DNA of 64,000 bases from Octopus bimaculoides (Eukaryota): NCBI RefSeq assembly GCF_001194135.2, contig NC_068992.1:4922094-4986093 (forward strand), in the 5' to 3' direction. Position 1 is the first letter of the stretch. Each line of letters begins with the position of its first letter. This document shows, piece by piece, positions 52,883-64,000 of the stretch. The notes under the pieces were generated by a model, which saw only the letters and a list, made by a program, of their open reading frames with translations, had not been told where the DNA came from and did not search any database. The position numbers and the translations under genes are program-made.

Positions 52883-55800
52883 TATATATATATGCATATT
52901 CCCAATTATTACGTACAGTAGCTGTAAGCGAAGACAGTTGTAATCGTCTTCTATTGTAGCTAACAAAATGCCTTGAAGTTAACGATGTAATACGCATGCT
53001 TCGAAAACTAAACTACAGCACATTTAATCCTTTTGGAGCTAACATGATGCCTATCAACTGCTAATGTATTATTGTATAACTTTAACTTTTATAAAACTTC
53101 ATTTCTAATACTAAAGTGTTGCAACAGTAGAGAAAATGTAGCCAGATTATTACCTCAAATTTCTGTTACTGATATAATCCAGCTGTAGCAAAATTCACTA
53201 ATGTCTATTGTTCCCTTGTGCATCTTCTATAATTCTTCCGACAATGTAAAATGGTAAGTTCTTTTTTTATTTTTATTTCGTAACAACGCTGAAATTCCCG
53301 GATATATACATAGATTTTCCTTGGGAATTTAGAAAATAGTTTAATCAAATTAAAAGGAAGAAAAAAGGTATATGCACTAAATAAACAAAATAATGTAATT
53401 AGCTATTAACATTGTTTTCTATTGATCAGTTGCTTTTGTTTGAAGCTTAACATACGGTGAGTTAGTAAAAGTTGCATAAGCAAGCTGTACAGCGATATCT
53501 TACTTCAAAGGATTATTGGATTTTGTCCATTAAATGTCAATAATGTATGTATTTTAATCAATATTATTAAATTATACTGAACGATGTTAAGTCATGGAAG
53601 AAAAAAATCAGATAAAGTAACGGTATTTATGATATATTATTTTCGAGGCGAACTCACTTTTAGTTTCTATGTCTTCAACTTGTGATTTTACATTTCCGTT
53701 AGTGTCTAAAACATCTGCTTTCAAACTAATCTGTCATATTCCTTAAGAAGATTAAGCAAAACTACATAGAGATTTCGATTCTTTCAGAACATGTAATAGA
53801 ATACGCTCAAATTGCAAACAAAAAGCCCTGAGTTAGATTTCAGATGTTAAGTTTATATCTGAAATATTTCTTACCTCGCTATGGAAAGCAATGAAACTTT
53901 CACAGCTGCAAATGACAGAGAAAGTAAATAGATTTTAGTAATTTACAACGTTGAAGTGTAACTTTAACAATATTAAATATAATCGGTTAGAAATGCTTCA
54001 TCTGGATTTAGAATTATAACAAAAACTGAGAAACCTTCGAATTGAGAGATTAATCTATCGCGAAAGAACCAAGTAGAAATTTCATGTATAATATAAAAAT
54101 TATCTCACTTTTCATAAAATTTTCCCTATGATAATGAAAAGACAATTTTAAAGCGTTTCACATCTACGTTTCTTTTATTTTTATTTATGCATTAACGTTC
54201 AGTTCAGGAGAAGGCACATTTTCGCACAAAATTATACATCCTCTTCCGTAAACCTAGCAAAGAGCTTTTGATTATAATCAAATATTTCCGAATGAAGCAG
54301 CTGTAGCAGCAGTAGTGATTTTAAAACTTCATTTCAGGCATATTGTTGCAGCCGTAAATGTATGACTAAGCATGGCAGTTTTGAACTCCATTTCTTTTTA
54401 TGGATAAACACTCCCAGTGATCTTAAGTAATAAAAATGTAGTGGCATTAGCAAAAATTAAAATAACATCTTCGTAACAATGTACAGAGAGTTTGTGCAAA
54501 TAGCCACGCATACGCCACTTATTATTCGAAAATAACCAAAAAGTTTTCCACGGGAATGGAGCCGAATAGTTCTTCATCTACGGTATAACATTCTCGCCCC
54601 AAAATACGTCCTAATCTTTTATGATTATATGGGTGTGCCGGATTACATAGGTCCGGATAATTTTAAAGACCTAATAGAAATGATTTTTAATACGATTCAT
54701 GTCACAGCTATTGATTATAGAAAATAAGACAGTATCTTCCGAAATATGAAAGATAATTGAAGTGGTCAGTGGAAGAATGAATGTATCTTCTTTAAGAGGA
54801 TGATAATGATGATGATAGCGACGAAGACTACAAAAACGACATCTACGAAAAGGGCGAAGACGGCGGTGGTGATACTGATGCAGTTCTATGCCATAAACGT
54901 CTGGTTAAACTAAAGATTATTAGCTACACAACGATATTTTTAGAGGTAGTACATAAAAAACGACCTTAATTCCAGATAATTTAAAAATTAATTTAACAAA
55001 ATACTTCATTTCTTATCTTAAGAGAAAATCTGATCTTCGTTTAAAAAGGTAGGTGATTTGTATTGGAATGCTGAAATTTCTCAACATTTGTCGACTAGAA
55101 TTTATAGAATTAGATTAATGTATGAAAATATTATTAAATGTTATTCTACACAGTAACAAAACTTGAACGAATGTTAGAACAACATTGAATAGTTCAAAGG
55201 AATATATTTAGAAAATTAAGGTTGATAGGTATGTACTGATGTTGAATGTATATACCATTGAAACGAAATTAATGAAAACGTAAGCTGCTCTCAAATGTAA
55301 CTGAACTGCGTTTATATATGTTTACGCATCGGATGTGTTTATTTTTTACACTTTACCTGGCAGTTAGCTTTATACCCCAAAACACAAAACAAAATAAAAC
55401 AACTACTACTACCGTAGGTAGAGATATGTAGAAAGAAATGAGATGTAGATTGATAACTAAATTCTTTAAGTGCATGCTACTGTAATGTATTGATATGTAT
55501 ATATATATATATATTTCTTTGAAATATCGTGGTATAAAAATGCCATGATGTAATGAAGTAAACTGACATAAATATATCTAAACGAGTGCATCTTTTATTG
55601 GTTTCTAATAAGCGGAATAGTCCTGAGATTGTTATTAAATTTCTGAAAGTAAAATACAAAACATGGGAATTTATGAGACAGTGAGGAATACTTATGCCGT
55701 CGTATAACCTGATAGAAATTGCGACCAAATTTCCAGAAACTGATACAGGGAAAACATTTGACTGGTTAGGACGCAGTAGATACGTAGGATTTGATGCTTT

Positions 55801-57591
55801 TGTCGAGCGATTCAAAAAATGATATTAAAATTGTTGATATGCGTGTGATTAGAAGCTGAATGAGGTGAGATGTGCAGCTTATGAAGCAAAACAACAGAGA
55901 TCTTAAAATATGATGCATATCATATCGATGTAATTTGCTTGAAATATATTTGAGAAATATCATTAACCAAAACGATGAATACAAAAGAAATCTGTTAGGA
56001 CATTACTGTTCCACAATTCGTAGAAATATATTTTTTCAAAGAAATACAAATATAGAATCCCAGAAGTAAAAGATGTGCACTCACTGTTGGTTTTCTTTGA
56101 CGCAGCAGGGATAAGCTAGCATTATTCTGGAAGCACGGGGTATTTAATGTATATGAAATCAGTAACTTCACACTTTTTAAAATCATGAGTACACGAAATA
56201 CAAATAACCAAAGAGAAGTTTTTGTTCTTTATGTGTCTTATTTTATGGGATATCTACTCATTTGTTTCGCATTAATTTTAATACTCTTTACTTCAAAATC
56301 GTCATGTGATCAAAACACGAATGCGGGAGAATGCTGCATTATTGCTCTGCTTACAAAGTAAATATTACATGAAGGGCTACATGAATAAATTCGGTTGGAA
56401 AGCTAAACGCTGTAAAATATATTGTCTTCTGTAGCATTTTATTTCACACGCTGCATTAAAATCTTGTGCGAATCACAACAGTATTTAATGTTTCGAAAAT
56501 GAAACAGTAACGGAATTTATTATCAATGCTGCAATGCAGTGGTTGGTTAGTGAAATATAAACGTCTAAAATATTTGAAGTCGAAGAAAAAAATTTATATC
56601 CCCGTATCATAATGACTTATCTTCATAAATACTGAATAGTCATGGACATTTACTATAGCAATTATTGTTTTTACAATTCAATCATTTATCTTCATATGCT
56701 TATGTATATCAATAGAAATGTCAAAGACTCATGCCGCATGGTGTCATTGTATATTGCAATGATAGCGTCAAACATATTCATCTATATCTGCCCTCCTCTG
56801 TCAGGGTATAACTGTTGCAGATGAAAGCAGGTTTTCTGTTGTTAAGCTACTAATAGTATCTTCAATTCAATTCGTGCTTATTCTTCAAAATTCAAACATG
56901 TAGTGTTAATACTTTATAAGCAATAGAAGTAATTATCAAATTTCTCTTTATAAAGAATATGTTCCTGCCTCATCCGAATGGATGAGACGATATTCTGGTG
57001 CTCTGCATATCGTAATTCTAACAATGATATACTCATTTTCTTTTCCGACTTAAAATTTTGTTCCACATAACAATGCCAAAAATAAATAAATAAATCACCA
57101 GGTATTTTACAAAACTCACTATGTAATAATTTCTGTCAGCAACGGAAATAATAGACGGACAACCCAAATTTACATCATCTGTGAATTAAACAAAAATATT
57201 GAAGCGCATTCAGTTCTTTGCACGTCAACGAAATAGTATAACGCCTGGGCCAGTCTGGCGACAAAAATGTTCAAGTGTAGACATCTAGGTGGATATATTT
57301 CAAAATTTTTCTGCAGCAATAAATATAGCACAGAACAAAGGGATTCGTTTGACTGTTAATTATTGACTTTAATTATTTATAAAATAATATTAATGTTTAA
57401 TAGTATGTACATCTTTTGGCTAACGTTTCTCTCGCTCTCACTTTATGTATATGCATATTATGTATGTATATGTATGTANNNNNNNNNNNNNNNNNNNNNN
57501 NNNNNNNNNNNNNNNNNNNNNNNNNNNNNNNNNNNNNNNNNNNNNNNNATATATATATAGGTGTGTGTGTGAAATATTTGATATATCTGAA

Positions 57592-57645
57592 TTGTTGAAC
57601 TCACAACGTAAAGACAGAAGCTCGGTAAAATGCCGCCAAGCATTG
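57592..57645 (-). mobile_element. SINE family 2, head fragment
   Basis: ttgaactcacaacgtaaagacag...aaatgccgccaagcatt resembles the reverse complement of the 57730/57962 heads. Confidence 0.45.
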
Positions 57646-57729
57646 TAGCACAAGCGGTGTGCTACACCTTTTGTCAGCTCACCTCCTTCCGTATATTGAT
57701 TATTAGTGTGTATATTTCCATTTGTAACA

Positions 57730-57938
57730 GGTGGTGTGCCGGCGGAGCCGTTAGCACGCCGGAAAAATTGCGTAGCGATATTTCGCCTCTCCTTAAGTTC
57801 TGAATTCAGATTCCGTCGAGGTCACTCTGCCTTTCATATGTTCAGGGTCGACACAATAAGGAACATTTGAGCACTAGGGCCCATGTAATCGACTTAGTCC
57901 TTCTCCCGAAATTGCTGGTCTTGTGCCAAAAATTGAAG
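57730..57938 (+). mobile_element. tRNA-derived SINE, family 2
   Basis: gtgccggcggagccgttagcacgccgg...gaattcagattcc (B-box-like)...gcctttcat...gggtcga...ctggtcttgtgccaaaaattgaa; homologous to 57962 and 60001. Confidence 0.75.
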
Positions 57939-57961
57939 CAAACATGTATATGTTTGTTAAA

Positions 57962-58160
57962 GCTGGTGAACTGTCAGAATTGTTTGAACTCCGGACAAAA
58001 TGCTTAGCAATATTTTTGTCTGTCTGTACGGTCAAAGTTGAAATTTTGTAATGGCCGACTTTGCCTTTCTTCCTTTCCGGGTCGATATAATATAAATACC
58101 GGTACGTAATTCATTTACCTTCGACCAGAAACCGCTGGCCTTGTGCCAAAATTCCAGACT
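57962..58160 (+). mobile_element. SINE family 2, adjacent tandem copy
   Basis: gctggtgaactgtcagaattg...aaatgcttagc...gactttgcctttcttcctttccgggtcga...gctggccttgtgccaaaatt. Confidence 0.75.
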
Positions 58161-59457
58161 ATTATTAGTATTTTTGTTTGTTTTTGTCATTTTACATATC
58201 ACTATATCGTGTTGCGTCCCTTTATATCAACAATGTAACATAACCATTTTAGAAATATTATAGAATAAAACAAATAAATACAAAGCTTAATAAAATGGAG
58301 AAAAAATGTATGTTCTGTTAAAACGCTAAAACACTAAAACTACACTGAAAGCAGTAACTGGCGGATTTAAACGTCAGAATATAAATCAGCATAAATGAAA
58401 GAAGCTGATATGTATGTTCGACTATCTTGAACGATCCAGACACGTAAACAGCGGATTCTGCTATCATATTGGTATCTAAAATTTAGTTTGTATGATGCAA
58501 TACATTTGGTATTCTTGATCTTGTAAAGGGCAATCATTTCAAGTGACACAAATGAAAATATAGTGGCTACTGTATTAGAAATGTGATGGAGAAATTGATA
58601 TTTTATCATAGCAAATCCCCTTTGATGTATAATATCAATAACAGAGCTAATGCATATCCATTACAAATATGCTATATGAAAGGAGATTGAAGTAGGGGGT
58701 GATAACGCAATATTTATTTAAGGGGCTATAGATTTTCTCTTAATGGACAACATGGCATATGATAGTCCTTTGTATTTTACTTCTAACACTGTATATATTT
58801 GTGTATGTGTTAATCGAGTTACTGGAACACAATGCTGCGTATCGCTGATGTGTTTCTGATATTAATGTTACAGATCATCCTAATATTCACCACACTGTTA
58901 ATCTGGAAACTGTCCTTTGCAAAGGAAAGTGGTGGAGATTTTGGTTACGAACAATTAATCTTAGGAATAATTCCACGAATGATAGATTCGATCACCACGA
59001 CAGTGAACGACGGATTTCGCATACTTGTTCTAGCTTAGCCACAGGTCATCTCTGTCTGCCAAAATCTATGATCAAAAGTATATGTATGTATCTAGGGCTA
59101 TTCAATGTAAGTGATACAGTTCACTTTTTATGAAATGTAGTGTAATTTGAAGAGAAAATTTGCAGCTAATTCGAAAGTTGTAGCAAATGTATTTTATCAA
59201 GTCATCTATAATTGTGATGTTTAAATATACTATAGAAAGCACGTATTCGATACACTGTATCACGTGACTTAATAGTTGCTCGCATGAAGATATTGCCCTG
59301 AAAATAAAGTATTAATTCATATAAACTTCACGTTCCAGTGAATTCCATTTCTCTCACACTCACAAAACGCTCCATGTATAAATAAATAAATACCTTTTAG
59401 ACAAAATGAGATGGATATGCTTTTAGATGAAAAAGTAGAAATGAAAGCTAATTTTCC

Positions 59458-59678
59458 CTGAAATAAACTCTACCCTCATCTAGAAACTGAGAGAATATTA
59501 GATGTAAGAGTGCAACCAGGAAACTTCTAACCATAAAGCCACAATTTGAATTTGTTTTTGTTCGTAGTGATTTTACATAAGCTAAAATGATAAAGTGCAT
59601 TCACACTAAGGAAAGTGACGCTACATGACCATACGAGCTGCTAAAGTTAGGCAACAAATTCGTTTAAAACTCACACAA
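59458..59678 (+). repeat. Left arm of a long inverted repeat
   Basis: Reverse complement of 63022-63259; 12 mismatches in 221 aligned bases plus 17 bp of indel. Confidence 0.95.
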
Positions 59679-60000
59679 CACTTAACAAATGGACATGGAT
59701 TTTAGACTACACACACCTGTTTCTCCAGGTTCTCTATCGAGGAATATAGCGAAGTATTAATATTGAATGCATTTGCTCTATTCATACATTCTACGTAATT
59801 AAATTAGTTGATTTTAATAACAAATCATAAAAACTACTAAATGGAAAAGAATATTTGTATGGTAACAAAAATAATTTGAAACGTGGAATAATAATTCACT
59901 TGTCATACATATATAAATGTGTTAAAAAATCAAAAAAAAATCGTCGTCAACAATAAAAATCTGTAATCAAATTCAGAGAGACATAAATATTAGATTAATA

Positions 60001-60181
60001 CTGGTTTCAAATTTTGGTACCAAACCAGTAATTTAGTGGATGGTGGCATGTCGATTACATTGACCCCGAAAGAATGAAAGGCAAATCCACCTCTGTGCAA
60101 TTAGAAATCAGAACGTAAAATCTGACGAAATGACGCTTCGAATTTTGCCCAGTGCATTAACAATTCTTCCAGATAGCCACC
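60001..60181 (-). mobile_element. SINE family 2, with an internal deletion
   Basis: gtcgattacattgaccccgaaagaatgaaaggcaaa...agaacgtaaaatctgacgaaat...ccagatagccacc. Confidence 0.75.
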
Positions 60182-62141
60182 ATTTGTAAAATCTCTAATA
60201 TTGAGTCTAAATGACACTAGGATCGACTTTGCTTGTATGCAATCTGATGTAAATAAAGTAATTAAGAGATGAAAACTGGGTTCGTGGTAACTGAGTTGCA
60301 GCTCTCGCCACTATTGCGAGTCTTTTGCCAAACTTTCAAACAATAACTACTGGAGAGATATTTAATATCTCTCCATTATAAATGAATTAAAGAAAAGGCG
60401 TCAGGCAATTGAAAAGAAATGAGATTTATTTTAAATTGATAATTCACGCTCTAAAAAGTTGGTACACTTACAGAAAACAGCAGATCACAGACGAGCATTA
60501 ATTTTTTTCTGCATAATATTGTGCTGTGCATTTCAATTTGATTTCAAAACTTGCCGTGGCAGATTATACAATCCATTGTACTGAATCCGATAAATATTTT
60601 CATTGCACATACGGTCGGTCGTTTCTCGATAAAGTGACAACTTGTTTTTGCAGAGCATTAAACATTTGCCACTGAACGATTATATGAAACTGTTAATATT
60701 TCAGTTCAATCATATATTTGAGATGTCACAAAGTCGTATATTAAATACTGATATAAGAATATTTCCGAAATAATTTTAATAAATTACGAACTTGAAAAAT
60801 CTGATTTATCTATAAAAACGATGTTGTACACATACCATACTCAATACTTGAAAGAGATTCAACACGGAATGATTCGCATAAGTGTATATATATTTAAATA
60901 TTTATAAAAACTACCTTACTTAATAGCATCTTCTGTAAGCTATAACTTCATATTTTAATAATATTTTGGGAATAATTAAATATGTGTGTGTATGTGCACA
61001 TATGGGTGCATGTGTGTGTATGCGTGGATGTGAGTACGTGAGAATGAATATATATATATATGAGACCCATGAATGTATTAGAGAAGAGATGTAAGCTGGC
61101 ATATAATGTGTCAATAATTGTAAATTGCTGATAATAAATTACCATATGTTACTCAGAGATTCAATAGAAACAAACGACATAAAGCTTAAACGGAAAAAAT
61201 TATATTCACAATAGAACAGGAAGAAACATGCAAATACTGAAGATCGCTGAATGTACAAAACCAAATCTTTTTTATTGCTATGATGTGAAATTTGTGTCTT
61301 GCAATTAAAAAGGGAACAGAAGAGGTTTATGGGGCTCAGTAAACGTGAATAAAAGAATAGAAAAAAGGAATACCATGTAAAGGCTGCGAAAACCTTCGGA
61401 AGTATAAACTATCCATTGTTATGGTAGTAAAAACAAAATCTACTTTTGTTTTATATTATCCGAGATTGAGCAAAAGATTTATCCTGAATTTCAGATGACG
61501 TGTACATATAAGAAGTACAAGTTAGTGAGTTATAAATGCCAACAAAGAATTTGAAAGAATAGCATAATAGTTGTGAATGGACGCGCAAACCAGAAGAACA
61601 ACATGTAAATACTGTAACGTAAATCATTCTTGTGTAGTTTGAATAAAAAGTCTGAATAAGAAATGATTTCCATTTGTTTCTGTTGTTGCTAATTTTGATA
61701 CATTTTAAGGAACGAAATTACAAATCTGACGTGTGTATGTCCTGTCTAATGACAGTATACAGAGAATATTGATGGAAATTACTGTAAATAACTGTTGCAG
61801 TCTATTTTGTATGAAATATACTGATGCCTAAAGAAAGAAAAATATCATACTTGTTATAAATGTTGAGCCCGAAATCAGAATGATTCATAGAAACAGATTT
61901 GTGATGATGCTTATTTAGCTTACTTTAGTTGTAATTTGAGTACAGTTAGCACATAACAAGACAGCACAACAAAATTTTCAGTAATAAAATTTTCAGTTCC
62001 ACATAGAAGATAACGTGACAAATTTGCTATATCTAAAGTTCTTTACTGTGATAGAGAAATGTGTTGAATTTCTGAATTATTCACATGTATGCACACATTC
62101 GCAGCAGTGACTAAAATTGTCAAACCTTTGTTTCCCTACAG

Positions 62142-62282
62142 TGCTGTTGCTGGCGAGAAAAAACAAATTTATTACTTGAATTTCGAGATTTCAGACGATG
62201 CACAAATTTACTGTGCGATTTGCAATACTTTGGATAGATTCTCAACATAACAGAAAAACACTATCCAGAGATATTTCTGCAG
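62142..62282 (+). CDS. Candidate exon with strong splice sites
   Basis: Acceptor acctttgtttccctacag| and donor CAG|gtattt. All frames from 62142 contain stops, but the frame from ATG 62198 (or the alternative acceptor at 62194) is open to the donor: MHKFTVRFAILWIDSQHNRKTLSRDISA. Confidence 0.25.
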
Positions 62283-63021
62283 GTATTTAGACGACTACTT
62301 TCTTTACCAATGGAACCAACATATGATGAAAAAGTATCTGCTGTGACTATAGTGTTGTTTATTTAACTATTTCTTTCATTATTCAAATCACCCTTTCACA
62401 CATTACATATTAGCATGCGATTTGAGGAACATTGTTATTGTGAACAACTGTCAACGAAAGAAAAGTGAAAAGATACTGCATGTTTGCTTGCTAGCATATA
62501 CATTTGTGTGGAGATGTGTATATCTATGTGTACGTGTGTGTATATTTGGTAAAATTTGTTGATTATAATCTTCTGTAGTTGTATATAATCTTCTGTAGGT
62601 GTGAATGTGACAGTGTGAATATAATGTGTGCATTCTTGTGTCAGTAAATCTACCAAGCAAGGGGTGTAGGATGATCAGCAGAAACAAACTCGCTTCTTTT
62701 GTTAATAGTGTTATATTTTGTTTGTACCTGAACGTAATTCATGTACATATTGCTGTGAGTGTGCAACAGTGCAAAGTCAGCAAGGATATAAAAGTTATGC
62801 CTAGAAGCCAAAGTTTAAATGGTAATAGTTAAAAATAATGGTAAAGGGGTATATGTCGAAGGTAAATTGAGGGAGTGTAGGAAAATAGTACTAGATGACC
62901 GTTGGAACGATGGAAATGGCCAAGAGGAGAAAAAGCACAATGGAAAATGATTTTATATGAATGGAGATCTAATGCAACGGTAAGAAAAAGCATGAATATA
63001 TACGTAGCACCTGGTGGGGTA

Positions 63022-63259
63022 TTGTGTGAGTTTTAAACGAATTTGTTGCTTAATTTTAGCGGCTCATATGGTCATGTAGCGTCTCCTTCCTTAATGTGAA
63101 TGCATAGTAGTTTTTGTTCTCTTTTATCATTTTACCTAATGTAAAATCACAACGAACAAAAACAAATTCAAATTGTGGCTTTATGGTTAGAGGTTTCCTG
63201 GTTGCACTCTTACATCTAATATTCTCTCGGTTTCTAGATGAGGGTAGAGTTTATTTCAG
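63022..63259 (-). repeat. Right arm of a long inverted repeat
   Basis: See 59458-59678. Confidence 0.95.
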
Positions 63260-64000
63260 TCGACAGTACTTTGCAAATCTATTCACATGAGCAGACGGAA
63301 GAGAAGAAAGTTATAATTCAAATTTATAAAGAAAAAATATCTCGCAAAATAATTATTTTATGTATATAGCAGGATTCTGCATGGTACGCGTACTGGTGTG
63401 TATGTTTGTTCTTTAAAGCGACCAAAATCGAAGCGTAGGGAAAAGATTTAAGAGCATTTCAAGAAGCGAACATGATCAGAGAATGCTCGAGTTCGAGTAA
63501 GTGCATAACTAGTATAAATAAATCTGTGTGAAGTTAGAGCATCGTTAGCGTGTGCTGAGGCAAAGTTGGGTTCAGGTTGCAGCGTATAATTGGTGTGAGT
63601 AAGGCATAGTTTAGTGTGAAAAAAACGGAAGGTAATTGAGAATAAGGACGCGGTACAAGTGTGAAATTATAATGGAGTGGAGAAAGTGATGGAGCGAATA
63701 TACAGGATAGGTAAATGTTCGATAAAGTGTTAAATTATAAAGAGTGCGTCTGTGATCATGTGAGGAAAATAGGCTTGTCTTACGTGTGCATCCGTATGCA
63801 TCCATGCATATAGAAGTGTGCACATGGATGTATGATTGGAATATATGGTAGAACACATCAGATACCATTCCAAAACAGAAAGACCTTTCGTTTTAAAGTT
63901 GACTAACTATGAATAAGAGAAATCTTTGAAAAATACAGTAAACTGACAACGTTTACGAAAGGTTGGATCTGCATGCATAAATACACACACAAACATATAT

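Noticed and set aside
54790-54880. Acidic D/E-rich reading frame
   Set aside because: Best explained as a decayed (GAT)n microsatellite; no clear splice context.
55477-55830. 112-aa minus-strand ORF and an opposing 45-aa plus-strand frame (…GKTFDWLGRSRYVGF…)
   Set aside because: No recognisable domain and no consistent splice sites; it runs into a TA tract.
57644-57666. 9-bp perfect hairpin
   Set aside because: Short enough to be expected by chance in 64 kb.

Overview
AT-rich, microsatellite-dense, gapped (N-run) eukaryotic DNA. The repeat families look like those of Octopus genomes; this is my recognition and was not checked against a database. I found no intact or identifiable host protein-coding gene, no rRNA or true tRNA gene, and no CRISPR array. 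Almost all long ORFs in the track are artefacts of (CA)n/(TA)n tracts or N-runs. The window is mostly transposon remnants: a near full-length mariner with TIRs and TA target site (51425-52683); three more mariner fragments; a Tc1 3' end; a Helitron helicase 3' end plus a small non-autonomous Helitron; a Penelope-like GIY-YIG remnant; a Tx1/L1-type LINE 3' end; a long-TIR MITE; and several tRNA-headed SINE families. The most interesting items are: (i) a Pol III tRNA-headed SINE whose tail carries a minimal type I hammerhead-ribozyme motif (28709-28991), with related degenerate motifs in other repeats; (ii) a ~95% identical ~230-bp inverted repeat spanning 3.3 kb; (iii) a recent 210-bp local duplication inside the (TA)n tract of an old SINE. 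A few splice-site-bounded candidate exons are listed at low confidence.
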